IMG/VR virus record: IMGVR_UViG_3300036546_000207
Location: 3,002-67,001 of that record
Length of the DNA: 64,000 nt
Direction: 5' to 3' (one strand)
Origin: a virus
Taxonomy: Duplodnaviria; Caudoviricetes
A program made the translations under genes and the position numbers. The notes below the pieces were generated by a model that made no database searches, was not told the DNA's origin, and saw only the letters and a list, made by a program, of their open reading frames with translations. Positions 29,150 to 37,312 of this stretch are shown piece by piece; the first letter of the stretch is position 1, and every line of letters starts with the position of its first letter.

Positions 29150-29637
29150 GCTGCCTTCCGCCCCTCTGCCGCTTCCTTGTATTCGGCGTACACGGCCAGT
29201 GCCGGCTCACTCCACTCGACACCCATCTCGACGCCTTGGGCATGCAGGTATTCGATAAAAGCCGCGGCCTCATGTTTGAGAAAGTCTTTCGTACTCGGTC
29301 GCACGGTAATGGTGCGCTGGCCGTCCAGGCTAGTGATTAGGCGTCCGGGCTTGCGCAGCGGCGTGCCCATAGCCTTCATTTCCTGATCGAATTGCTCAAC
29401 CAACAGGGCTTTCCAGACTTCTGGCGTATAGCGCTTGGTGCCGAAGAACGTGATCTGCTTTGCGATATCGTTAATCAGCGCATGATATTTTTTCTCCTGC
29501 ATCCGGTTCTTGCTTTCACGGCTCAGCGTGATCACTACCGGGCCACCCTGGATGCCATGCTTCACCAGCTCCCACACGCGCAGCATGATCGGACGCAGTC
29601 GGGCTTCATCGGGAATTGTCAGCGTCTTCTCACTCAC
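29146..29637 (-). CDS. ninB: NinB/YbcN-like recombination protein
   Basis: SKNRMQEKKYHALINDIAKQ..WKALL..STKDF....AAFIEYLHAQG. Confidence 0.75.
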   Translation of the reverse strand: MSEKTLTIPDEARLRPIMLRVWELVKHGIQGGPVVITLSRESKNRMQEKKYHALINDIAKQITFFGTKRYTPEVWKALLVEQFDQEMKAMGTPLRKPGRLITSLDGQRTITVRPSTKDFLKHEAAAFIEYLHAQGVEMGVEWSEPALAVYAEYKEAAEGRKAA

Positions 29638-29878
29638 AGATCACCCCCAGCGCCTTCAGCTTCTTGATCGGCAGCACGATCGCTACCGGCTCGCCCTGTC
29701 GGGTCAGGCTGTATGGATTTGCCAGCCGTGACTTGGCCATGATGCGCTTATGGTCGATCAGTCCGACTGCGTGCTCTTGTCCACACTCCAACAGAGTGCG
29801 GATTTCGCTCAGAGCGCGCTCGTATTTTGCGATAGTGCGCTGCTGCGCGCTGATGATGCGGTCCTTTTCGCTGCTCAT
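29630..29878 (-). CDS. Hypothetical protein (82 aa)
   Basis: Coupled ORF between dnaB and ninB. Confidence 0.5.
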   Translation of the reverse strand: MSSEKDRIISAQQRTIAKYERALSEIRTLLECGQEHAVGLIDHKRIMAKSRLANPYSLTRQGEPVAIVLPIKKLKALGVICE

Positions 29879-31230
29879 CAGAATCCTTCCTCGTAATACT
29901 GGGGTGCCAAGTTTTCAAAGCGGAATGTTGCGCCATCCCAAGCCGTGCGAATCTTGCCAATCGGCCCATGCCGGTTCTTGCAGATACCCAACTCGGCAAT
30001 GCCCTTGTCAGCGGTGTCTGGGTTGTAAACCTCGTCACGGTAGATAGTCATCACCATGTCAGCTTCCTTCTCAATGATCGATGCGTCGGCAATGTCGCCC
30101 ATGCTCGGACGCTTGTTATCGCGCTTCTCACACTCACGGTTGACCTGCGCCAGCGCGATCACAGGGATGCCAAGCTCTTTCGCCAGCGACTTGAGACCGG
30201 TCGTTACGTCGGCAACCTGCTGGTGTTTGGGTAGCCGCGGGTCAGTCGGGTAGATGCGCTGGATGTAGTCGACAAACAGCACCTTGATGCCATGGCTGTA
30301 GAACCACTTTCGGGCCTGCCGGCGGATGCCGTCGATCGTGATCGTGGCGTCGTCATTGATCCAGAAGTTGCGGCGCATCAGCGACTGAGCCCCTGCCGAA
30401 AGCTTGCTCCAGTCCTCTTCCTGCAACCGGCCCTGGCGAATTTTGTTACCGGATACACGGCCGCTGATGCTCAGCATGCGGACGCCCATCTGGTCGTGAG
30501 ACTGCTCCGAAGAGATGATTCCAAACGGAACATCGGCGTTGAGCGCCAGGTTGAGAAGCATGGCGGTCTTACCCATGGCCGGGCGCGCCGGAATCACAAC
30601 CAGGTCAGTGTCGTGCCAGCCACCGGTCGCCTTGTCCAGATCGGTCAAGCCCGTAGGTAGGCCAACCAGCTCCCCGTTATTGCCTCGCTCGAACGCCTCT
30701 TCGGTGTACTCGATCGCGCCGCGCACAATGCTTTTGGCGTCGTGGTCATGGCTGGACTCAACGGTATCCAGCTCCATGAGCTCACGAATGGCATCATCGA
30801 CAGCGGCCTGCCCCTTGCGGCTTTCAGCCATCAGGCGGCGGGCAATGCGCTCTGCAGATCGGCGGGTATGGGCGTCACGCAGAATCGACACGTAAGTTTC
30901 GACCGATTCCGGGCGTGCCATGTTGTTTCGGTTCAACTCAGCCAGCGTTGCCAGCCAGTTAACACCCGGGTCGGTGCCGTCCAGGTAATCGCTGACGGAG
31001 ATGTAATCAGCCACCTGACGCTGATCAACCAGTGCTTTGATCGCGCCATAGCTTTTGCGCCACACGGTGCTGGAGAACCACTCCTGACTGACCTGATTTG
31101 CTTGAAATACGCCGTTGTCACACAGCATCAGGTGGATCAGGGACGCCTCGGACTCACCGGCTCTGCGGGCTTCACGCGCCAGCTCTTCCTGCTCGTGGTC
31201 GATATCCATGTATTCGGTCATTGCGTTCAT
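29878..31230 (-). CDS. dnaB: Replicative DNA helicase DnaB
   Basis: GLPTGLTDLD..ARPAMGKT..VDYIQ..LAQVNRECE.R.NKRP..IEKEAD..KNRHGP. Confidence 0.95.
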   Translation of the reverse strand: MNAMTEYMDIDHEQEELAREARRAGESEASLIHLMLCDNGVFQANQVSQEWFSSTVWRKSYGAIKALVDQRQVADYISVSDYLDGTDPGVNWLATLAELNRNNMARPESVETYVSILRDAHTRRSAERIARRLMAESRKGQAAVDDAIRELMELDTVESSHDHDAKSIVRGAIEYTEEAFERGNNGELVGLPTGLTDLDKATGGWHDTDLVVIPARPAMGKTAMLLNLALNADVPFGIISSEQSHDQMGVRMLSISGRVSGNKIRQGRLQEEDWSKLSAGAQSLMRRNFWINDDATITIDGIRRQARKWFYSHGIKVLFVDYIQRIYPTDPRLPKHQQVADVTTGLKSLAKELGIPVIALAQVNRECEKRDNKRPSMGDIADASIIEKEADMVMTIYRDEVYNPDTADKGIAELGICKNRHGPIGKIRTAWDGATFRFENLAPQYYEEGF

Positions 31231-31233
31231 CGA

Positions 31234-32130
31234 TCAGTCCTCAAATTGAAAATCAGGCAGTGCAGGTGCAGCGGATCCAACGGCACTCAGGTGCGTGCCG
31301 GTCAGTGGTCGCTGTTGCTGGATAGGTTCAAGTTCGTCTTCCCAGGCTTTGGCGTTGAGCCAAGTGCTTGGGTGCTTGAACTCAGGTGCGAACTGTCCGG
31401 CTGCCTGGAGTTTCTGGCGATGATCGATCTGTTGACCAATGGCCTTGATCATGCGGTTCAGCATGAGGTCATCAGGGTTGAGCTTGGCGAATGTTTTCTC
31501 AGCCTGACCCTTGGATTTTTTGACAGGGTACGCATCCCAGAATCGCTGGAAGCGATCAACGTTCACTGCACCCCGGTCACGGGGGGTAAGGGGGGTTTTA
31601 TTCTCTTCTCTTCTCTTCTCTTCTCTGCGGTTACGCGTTACGTCACTCGTTACGTCACTCTCAGCGTCACCCTCAGGCATAACATCAGCGTTACGTTTGC
31701 GCTCCCGATACTCCTTCTGGCGCTGCGCTGCAGTCTTTGCAGCCCCTGAGCGTTCGCGGCCAGAAGTGTTGTATTCCGTGAAGTTCGGCAGGATTACCGT
31801 CCCTTCTTCTGCGTCATATTCGGCCCATCCAACGGTGGCCATTGCTTCACCGAAACCGGGAATGCCAACCATGTCATCAAGGTCAGAAAGATCTGCGTTA
31901 CGGAATACGCCGTCAGTTGTGTGCTCATTTGCTGCGCCCCATATAACAAGCAGTGACGCGACCGTTACGTTACGCATAACGTTACGCGTAACGATTTCAG
32001 ACATAACGCCGTTATTGCCAGTAGACAGTGACCGACCGACAGCGAAATCACGCTCCAGAATGCGAGCAATACCATTCACCTTCGGGCTCGTCATCAAAGA
32101 CGGACGCATCTTGATCCAGTCACCAGCCAT
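31234..32130 (-). CDS. Phage replication initiator protein
   Basis: MAGDWIK N-terminus, REEKRREE linker, FQRFWDAYP.K..K..A and HPSTWLN..WEDE C-terminus; directly upstream of dnaB. Confidence 0.85.
   Translation of the reverse strand: MAGDWIKMRPSLMTSPKVNGIARILERDFAVGRSLSTGNNGVMSEIVTRNVMRNVTVASLLVIWGAANEHTTDGVFRNADLSDLDDMVGIPGFGEAMATVGWAEYDAEEGTVILPNFTEYNTSGRERSGAAKTAAQRQKEYRERKRNADVMPEGDAESDVTSDVTRNRREEKRREENKTPLTPRDRGAVNVDRFQRFWDAYPVKKSKGQAEKTFAKLNPDDLMLNRMIKAIGQQIDHRQKLQAAGQFAPEFKHPSTWLNAKAWEDELEPIQQQRPLTGTHLSAVGSAAPALPDFQFED
31629..31696. repeat. GTTAC/GTCAC iteron-like repeats, probable replication origin inside the initiator gene
   Basis: ggttacgcgttacgtcactcgttacgtcac..gcgtcac..cgttac; a second cluster lies at about 31962..31993. 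Confidence 0.65.
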
Positions 32131-32303
32131 CAGATACCTACCTCAGCGGCAATGCGCTTAACCTGCTTTTCATACTCTTCACTGGAAATGCTCGGGAACT
32201 GTTCAAGCAATGCACGCTTGCGCCGTGAATACTCTCTGCAGCGGCTTACGTGCTGGTCGGTATCCAGCGCTTCAGCCTTGTCGTATTCGTTGATCTGGTT
32301 CAT
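32130..32303 (-). CDS. Hypothetical protein (57 aa)
   Basis: Manual translation MNQINEYDKAEALD...AAEVGI; GGAG RBS; TGATG overlap with the initiator start. Below the ORF-track cutoff. Confidence 0.6.
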   Translation of the reverse strand: MNQINEYDKAEALDTDQHVSRCREYSRRKRALLEQFPSISSEEYEKQVKRIAAEVGI

Positions 32304-32379
32304 AATGAACTCCGTTATTGATTACCCCGTCGCGGCTGCCCAGCCATATCAGCGTCGGGGTTTTCTTTTGCCTGTAATC

Positions 32380-32455
32380 TGGTGGACCCGGCCGGAATCG
32401 AACCGGTCGTCTATGCAGTTATGAGCTGCCTCGCTTTGCCATAAGCTACAGGTCC
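32380..32455 (-). tRNA. tRNA with CAT anticodon, probably Ile2
   Basis: 76 nt: acceptor GGACCTG/CGGGTCC + ACCA, D stem GCTT/AAGC, anticodon loop CTCATAA, T loop TTCGATT. C4-G69 and C5-G68 pairs are the TilS determinants. Confidence 0.85.
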
Positions 32456-32828
32456 TTCAAAGTCCCGGTTACGCCATCCGGGGCGCTTCTGGTGGCCCTC
32501 AGGCCATGCGCCGTTATCACCCTCGATTTGTGCTTGCTCTGCAGAGGCATGGGGATCTGTTGCGCTTACTGCTGCAACGGAAAGCGGTCTGTCGTTTCTA
32601 ACGCCCCGGCGATGATTCAGGGTGTTCAGACCGCTTTGCGTTGTCCTCTCTTGTCGCCCCTGGTGAGAGGATCACCAGTCAGAAGGTCGCATTTCACCCG
32701 GCTTGATGCTTATTCACCTGCTTGTGCGCGACTTCAGCGGCAAATGTATCCGCTCGCTAACACTGCAGGCATGGCGAACACCCGCGCTTTCCCCCTACCG
32801 CAATTGCTGAGTACAGCCTGTACTCTGA

Positions 32829-33026
32829 TTAACCCTGATTCTTTGGCGCGCCGAAAATGTGCTGTCTAAGCTGAAATTGCTCCTCTTCGGTGGCGATATC
32901 TTTTTCGATAAGGCCGCGAACATACCCTGCAGCTGACAGGCCTTTGAGCTCAGCCAGTCCATCAACGATGGCGCGCACTTCGGGGGTAACATGAACGTTG
33001 ATCTGCATGAGCAACTTGTCAGACAT
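32829..33026 (-). CDS. Small ribbon-helix-helix-like DNA-binding protein (cII position)
   Basis: QINVHVTPEVRAIVDGLAELKGLSAAGYVRGLIEK pattern; follows cro. Confidence 0.6.
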   Translation of the reverse strand: MSDKLLMQINVHVTPEVRAIVDGLAELKGLSAAGYVRGLIEKDIATEEEQFQLRQHIFGAPKNQG

Positions 33027-33047
33027 GGTGAGCATCCTTATTGGGGG

Positions 33048-33251
33048 TTAGGCGGCTTTGTATTTTTGATTCGGCTCATCCTTGCGTTTTGCAACCAAGG
33101 CCCCGCCGGAGTCTTTCTCAAGAACGCACTGGAGCGGATATGAAAAACCACCTTCACTCTTGCACTGAGAGACGCGGGCATTGCTCAAGCAAAGAGCTTC
33201 CGCTATTGCCTTCTGGGTTTTGTAAAATTTCAGCGCTTGAGCAAATGTCAT
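33048..33251 (-). CDS. cro: Cro-like repressor
   Basis: MTFAQALKFYKTQKAIAEALCLSNARVSQ HTH; divergent from cI. Confidence 0.85.
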   Translation of the reverse strand: MTFAQALKFYKTQKAIAEALCLSNARVSQCKSEGGFSYPLQCVLEKDSGGALVAKRKDEPNQKYKAA

Positions 33252-33280
33252 CCGCCACGTCCTCCAAAAATTATGAACCG

Positions 33281-33345
33281 AGTTTAAAAAGACTAAACAT
33301 AACAGTCAAGGATTTATGGACTTGGAAGGTTTAGAATCCTTAACC
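33281..33345 (-). promoter_or_regulatory. OR region: PR promoter TTGACT-N17-TAAACT and three 17-bp operators
   Basis: Operators 33282..33298 GTTTAAAAAGACTAAAC, 33305..33321 GTCAAGGATTTATGGAC, 33329..33345 GTTTAGAATCCTTAACC. -35 at 33309..33304 and -10 at 33286..33281. Confidence 0.75.
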
Positions 33346-33997
33346 ATGAATATGATCGATCGAATCAGACAGAAGATGGCTGAGCGGGGTCTGGAGCAAA
33401 AGGATCTTGTGGTGCGACTTGGCGTCTCAAAGGGCACTATCAGCAACTGGCTTAACGAAAAAAAACAAAGGTATCAGCGAGGAAAGCCTTGAGCAGCTTT
33501 CAAGAATACTGAAAACCACGCCTTTGTATCTTCGTTACGGTTTCGACCCAGCATCAGCAGCAGAAGTCAGCAATGTTGCACCAACCTACTTCAAGGAGCC
33601 GCGCAAGTTTCCTGTGATAAGCTGGGTGCAGGCTGGTGAATGGTCGGAGGCTATTGATATGTTTCAGCCTGGCCATGCAGACCAGTGGGAGGCTTCTGAC
33701 TCCAATGTAAGCAATCAGTCTTTCTGGTTGCGTGTCGTCGGTGACAGTATGACGTCGCCAAGTGGAATCAGCATTCCTGAAGGACATATGATTCTAGTTG
33801 ACCCATCAGCCGCGGCAGACAATGGCAGCTTAGTCATCGCTAAGCTTACGGACTCGCACGAAGTAACATTCAAGAAACTGGTCCTTGATGCTGGTCAGCG
33901 TTACTTAAAGCCGCTTAATCCCAACTACCGAACTATAGAAATTAATGGCAATTGCCGTATTGTCGGTGTCGTAAAAGAAGCAAAGATTAAGCTATGA
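33346..33997 (+). pseudogene. cI: CI repressor (XRE HTH + S24 peptidase) split by one extra A in an A8 run
   Basis: The ATG 33346 frame encodes the HTH (RQKMAERGLEQKDLVVRLGVSKGTISNWLN) then stops after 48 aa. The S24 domain (GDSM..TFKKL) is in the next frame. Deleting one A from 33458..33465 fuses them into 216 aa. Confidence 0.9.
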
Positions 33998-34083
33998 AGC
34001 CTGCCAGCAAGGTCAAAAGACCCAGCCGGCAAGGGTAGGGGCGACTGTTACAATCGGTCGATCGCGCTGCTAATCTGCATCCA

Positions 34084-34926
34084 TTAGCACCCGCTTCTTT
34101 GAGAAAGAATAGACTTAACCTTGTTTGCACTACAGCATGCTTTGGTAGCTATATCCTTGTTCGACACTCCCTGATCTGCGAGCTCGCAAACAAGCTTTGG
34201 CAGCACCTCCATATCGAAAATCACCTTGGCTTTGTCCCCTATCGAGTATATCTCCAACTGGGTAACTTCATCAAAGTCACTCTCTGTCGCTAAGTGCTTT
34301 TCAGCAAAGTGCCTTCTCTGGTCTCTGTTTCGCGCTAATCCAAAGCCTGGCTCTCTAGCCAGCTTACCCGCAAGCTCTGAAGCGCGCTCTTCGCTGATGC
34401 CTGGCAGCTCTTCATCCCAATCATCATCATCATCATCCAAGGGATGCTGGTATGCGACACCCGTCTCTTCAGCTTCGCACTCTGCGAAGATCAGCTGCTG
34501 AATCGTTGCTTGCCGCATAATGATATGCAAACCATCTGCGATCAAAATCACGCTTAAAGCAACAGGCTTCCCAGCCAGCGCCTGATGCATTTTGCGTGCA
34601 CGGTCTACGGGCCGATCGGTACCAACCAGTAAGCGCAAAGCCTCATCTCCTTTGTTGTTCCAGAAAACAGTCTGCTTGAACTCCCTTGCAGCTAGATCAG
34701 TAGCAAGGATGACCGCCTTTATACTTATGCCTTGGGCGCACAGTCTTTCTACTCTGTCAGCAAGCCATTCATGTGCAGCCTCGGTCGTCACCACGCTTGC
34801 GCTGCCATGCTCGACACTGCCATGCATGCAGGCAATACCTCGTTTCGAGCATAGCTGTTCAATGTCATTTATCTGCCTCAACAGCGTCTCAGCGTTGAAG
34901 ATTTCTTGTGCGATATCTGAAGTCAT
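34084..34926 (-). CDS. Hypothetical protein (280 aa) between cI and OL, possible C-terminal HTH
   Basis: Long ORF, more AT-rich than the flanks; acidic linker DDDDDDW; no family recognised. Confidence 0.7.
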   Translation of the reverse strand: MTSDIAQEIFNAETLLRQINDIEQLCSKRGIACMHGSVEHGSASVVTTEAAHEWLADRVERLCAQGISIKAVILATDLAAREFKQTVFWNNKGDEALRLLVGTDRPVDRARKMHQALAGKPVALSVILIADGLHIIMRQATIQQLIFAECEAEETGVAYQHPLDDDDDDWDEELPGISEERASELAGKLAREPGFGLARNRDQRRHFAEKHLATESDFDEVTQLEIYSIGDKAKVIFDMEVLPKLVCELADQGVSNKDIATKACCSANKVKSILSQRSGC

Positions 34927-35043
34927 CCATGAAGCCTCTTGTTAATCAGGATACACCGACCCCGCCGGGGCGGGATCTTCACTTATACCACGCAAAACCG
35001 AATATTTGGTGAATCCATCACCCAGAAGGAAATCGCAACCAAA

Positions 35044-35116
35044 GTTTATTTTTTTTAAACAAATCACTTGACCGTTGGCGTTTAACTTTCTTAAACTTAG
35101 TTCAGTAAGATTGAAC
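35044..35116 (+). promoter_or_regulatory. OL region: PL promoter TTGACC-N18-TAAACT and three 17-bp operators
   Basis: 35044..35060 GTTTATTTTTTTTAAAC, 35080..35096 GTTTAACTTTCTTAAAC, 35100..35116 GTTCAGTAAGATTGAAC; same consensus as OR. Confidence 0.75.
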
Positions 35117-35138
35117 AACAGCAGACACATATCTGCAC

Positions 35139-35147
35139 CGCTCTTTA
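35139..35147 (+). promoter_or_regulatory. boxA antitermination element
   Basis: CGCTCTTTA(AAAA) just downstream of PL. Confidence 0.7.
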
Positions 35148-35432
35148 AAAATTCCGAACCTCGCGAGGGAATCCCCGGTAACGGGCACAGCGCGAGCAAG
35201 AAACTTTCCCTCCATGGTGGATCTGACCCACCCGCTGCACGGCAGCGCTCCCCGAATGCTCCCTTCACAGATAGCCCTCAGAACGGGCTGATGCACTGAG
35301 TACAGCACAAGGGTTGATAAGCAATCGCCTCCTTCGATGGCGTGTAATCGATACGCAAGACCTGCAACACCTGAAAATTCTCGTAGCGCCTTGGCAACAG
35401 GGCGTTACCGGAATCGAAACAGGAGAACCGCA

Positions 35433-35585
35433 ATGGAAGCGCTTTACCTACTGGCCTTTTGCTTCGGCATTTGTGCCCTCTTCTTCGCCGGCTGGTGTGT
35501 AGCTGTGGCCGGCACTGCAATCCACGCGATGTATCGCGGCCAATGTGTACGCACCGCCATAAGGCCGCTGCTGGAGGAGCTATGA
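35433..35585 (+). CDS. Small membrane protein (50 aa), first PL gene
   Basis: AGGAG RBS; hydrophobic N-terminal helix. Confidence 0.55.
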   Translation: MEALYLLAFCFGICALFFAGWCVAVAGTAIHAMYRGQCVRTAIRPLLEEL

Positions 35586-35878
35586 ACCAGAATCCAGAAA
35601 CAATAATTGTCGAATTTGTGCCAAACCCGGCAGCAGCAGGACGCTTACTAACTGATACCGAACTGCTGAACCGCTCAATGGATACACTCAAGCGAGTTGC
35701 TGAAGAAAACCACCGACTGCGCCAGGCAATAACAGCCGTTTTGGCCGCCCCTGAGGATGCATTTGACGAGGCATTGGCAGCAGCCTTTGAAATCGCGGAA
35801 TCGCCGGTTCCGTATTCGCTGACCGACTTCCTCCCTGCCTTACGGTCCGCAAGCAAAACGCAAGGACAGTGCGCATGA
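35582..35878 (+). CDS. Hypothetical protein (98 aa)
   Basis: GGAGG RBS; ATGA coupling. Confidence 0.6.
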   Translation: MNQNPETIIVEFVPNPAAAGRLLTDTELLNRSMDTLKRVAEENHRLRQAITAVLAAPEDAFDEALAAAFEIAESPVPYSLTDFLPALRSASKTQGQCA

Positions 35879-36258
35879 ACACCGAGCAGCATTATTACAA
35901 CGCCCTACGTGACTTTGCATTTGCCCAGTACATGGGCGCTATTGAGCGTGAGGCGGCGCTAGAGCAGCTCCTGAGCTCAAAAATCGATGCCTTCCACCAG
36001 CATAAAGGCCTGTGGGCCCACGGACAGTACCTGACACTGCTTCATGCCCGCATCGAGGTCATGGACCACCCTGAAATGCTTGAGATGTGTGACCGCATCG
36101 ATGAGGCCACCGATCCGGAAGCGCTTGAGCAGCTGGGTCGAGAGGCGGCTGAGCTGGACGAACGACTGATGGCCGAGGCCATACAGCGGATTGCAGAAGC
36201 GTCAATTGAGTATGACGCACAGATCAACGCCGAAGACGCCTGCGACGACGCAGCCTGA
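35875..36258 (+). CDS. Hypothetical protein (127 aa)
   Basis: ATGA coupling in the PL operon. Confidence 0.6.
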   Translation: MNTEQHYYNALRDFAFAQYMGAIEREAALEQLLSSKIDAFHQHKGLWAHGQYLTLLHARIEVMDHPEMLEMCDRIDEATDPEALEQLGREAAELDERLMAEAIQRIAEASIEYDAQINAEDACDDAA

Positions 36259-36279
36259 GGCCAACACGGATGCTGAATA

Positions 36280-36420
36280 ATGACCACTTTGAACGCAGCT
36301 TCAACGCCATCTTCGGCGATCTTCATTCACCCGCGCATGACTCAGCGCCAGGTGATCAAAACCCTGTCGCACCACGGCAAAAAGCTGATCTGGGTGCGCC
36401 GCAAGCAGGAGGCCCGCTGA
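36280..36420 (+). CDS. Hypothetical basic peptide (46 aa)
   Basis: Manual translation MTTLNAAS...RRKQEAR; its stop abuts the recE start. Confidence 0.35.
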   Translation: MTTLNAASTPSSAIFIHPRMTQRQVIKTLSHHGKKLIWVRRKQEAR

Positions 36421-37302
36421 ATGAATGCCCCCGTCAACCCCTTCGATCTGATCAACGCGCCGGCCACTGAGCCGGTTTTTTCTGCCCAGGCCAAGCGCTT
36501 TGGCGGTGCGCCCGGCTTCTACACACACCTGAGCAATGCTGAGTACCACTCTGGCCCCGGCATCAGCAAGAGCGGTCTGGATCTGGTGGCGCACTGCCCC
36601 TCTTCGCTGCCCTGGTCGCGTGAGGCGCCGGTGCATGAGGAGAAGCTGAAAGCGTTGGACTTCGGTACCGCGCTGCACACCCTGCTGCTGGAGCCGCACG
36701 AATTCGACAACCAGTTCGTGGTCGCGCCAGTGTTCAACCTGCGAACCAATGACGGCAAGGCTGCCAAGGCTGAGTTTGAGGCCGAACACGGCGACAAGCT
36801 GATTATGTCCGCCGAGGATCACCAGAAGCTGATGATCATGGCCGACAGTGTGCAGGCCCACCCCACGGCACGCTGGATCTTCGAGCAACAGGGCGTCAAT
36901 GAGGCCTCGATCTACTGGACCGATGAGCAGACCGGCGAACTCTGCCGGGTTCGACCCGACCGCATCCTAACCGAACATCACATTATTGTGGATGTGAAAG
37001 CGGTGGCCGGACTTGATCGATTCTATTGGCATGCCGTTGACTTCCGCTACTTCGTTCAAGACGCGATGTACTCAGCTGGCTATGAATCCCATTTTGGCGT
37101 GCGGCCCTCTTTCTGGTTTCTGGCCGTTAGCACAACCGCCAACTGCGGCCGCTATCCAGTCATGGTCTACGAGCTCAATGCGGATATGAAGACCAAGGGT
37201 GAAGAGGAGTTCAGGCGCTGCCTTGAGATTTACCACCGATGCCGTACCGAGGATGACTGGGTGCACGTTCCCATCCTCGAGAAGCCCGTCCGGGCGATTT
37301 AA
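36421..37302 (+). CDS. recE: RecE/exonuclease VIII-like PD-(D/E)XK nuclease (DUF3799)
   Basis: LSNAEYH.GPGISKSGLD..FGTALH...LEP..CRVRPD..DVK..Y..Q.A.Y. Confidence 0.88.
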   Translation: MNAPVNPFDLINAPATEPVFSAQAKRFGGAPGFYTHLSNAEYHSGPGISKSGLDLVAHCPSSLPWSREAPVHEEKLKALDFGTALHTLLLEPHEFDNQFVVAPVFNLRTNDGKAAKAEFEAEHGDKLIMSAEDHQKLMIMADSVQAHPTARWIFEQQGVNEASIYWTDEQTGELCRVRPDRILTEHHIIVDVKAVAGLDRFYWHAVDFRYFVQDAMYSAGYESHFGVRPSFWFLAVSTTANCGRYPVMVYELNADMKTKGEEEFRRCLEIYHRCRTEDDWVHVPILEKPVRAI

Positions 37303-37312
37303 GGAGAGTGAA

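Noticed and set aside
31603-31626. TTCTC pentamer run
   Set aside because: Encodes the REEKRREE linker common in phage initiators; no separate function is supported.
33407-33457. ORF-track N-terminus of cI (MWCDLASQ...)
   Set aside because: Out-of-frame reading of the true HTH; the real start is ATG 33346 and the gene is frameshifted.
36270-36470. ORF-track 66-aa ORF MLNNDHF...
   Set aside because: It runs 50 nt into recE; the 46-aa frame ending at 36420 abuts recE cleanly and is preferred, though both are weak.
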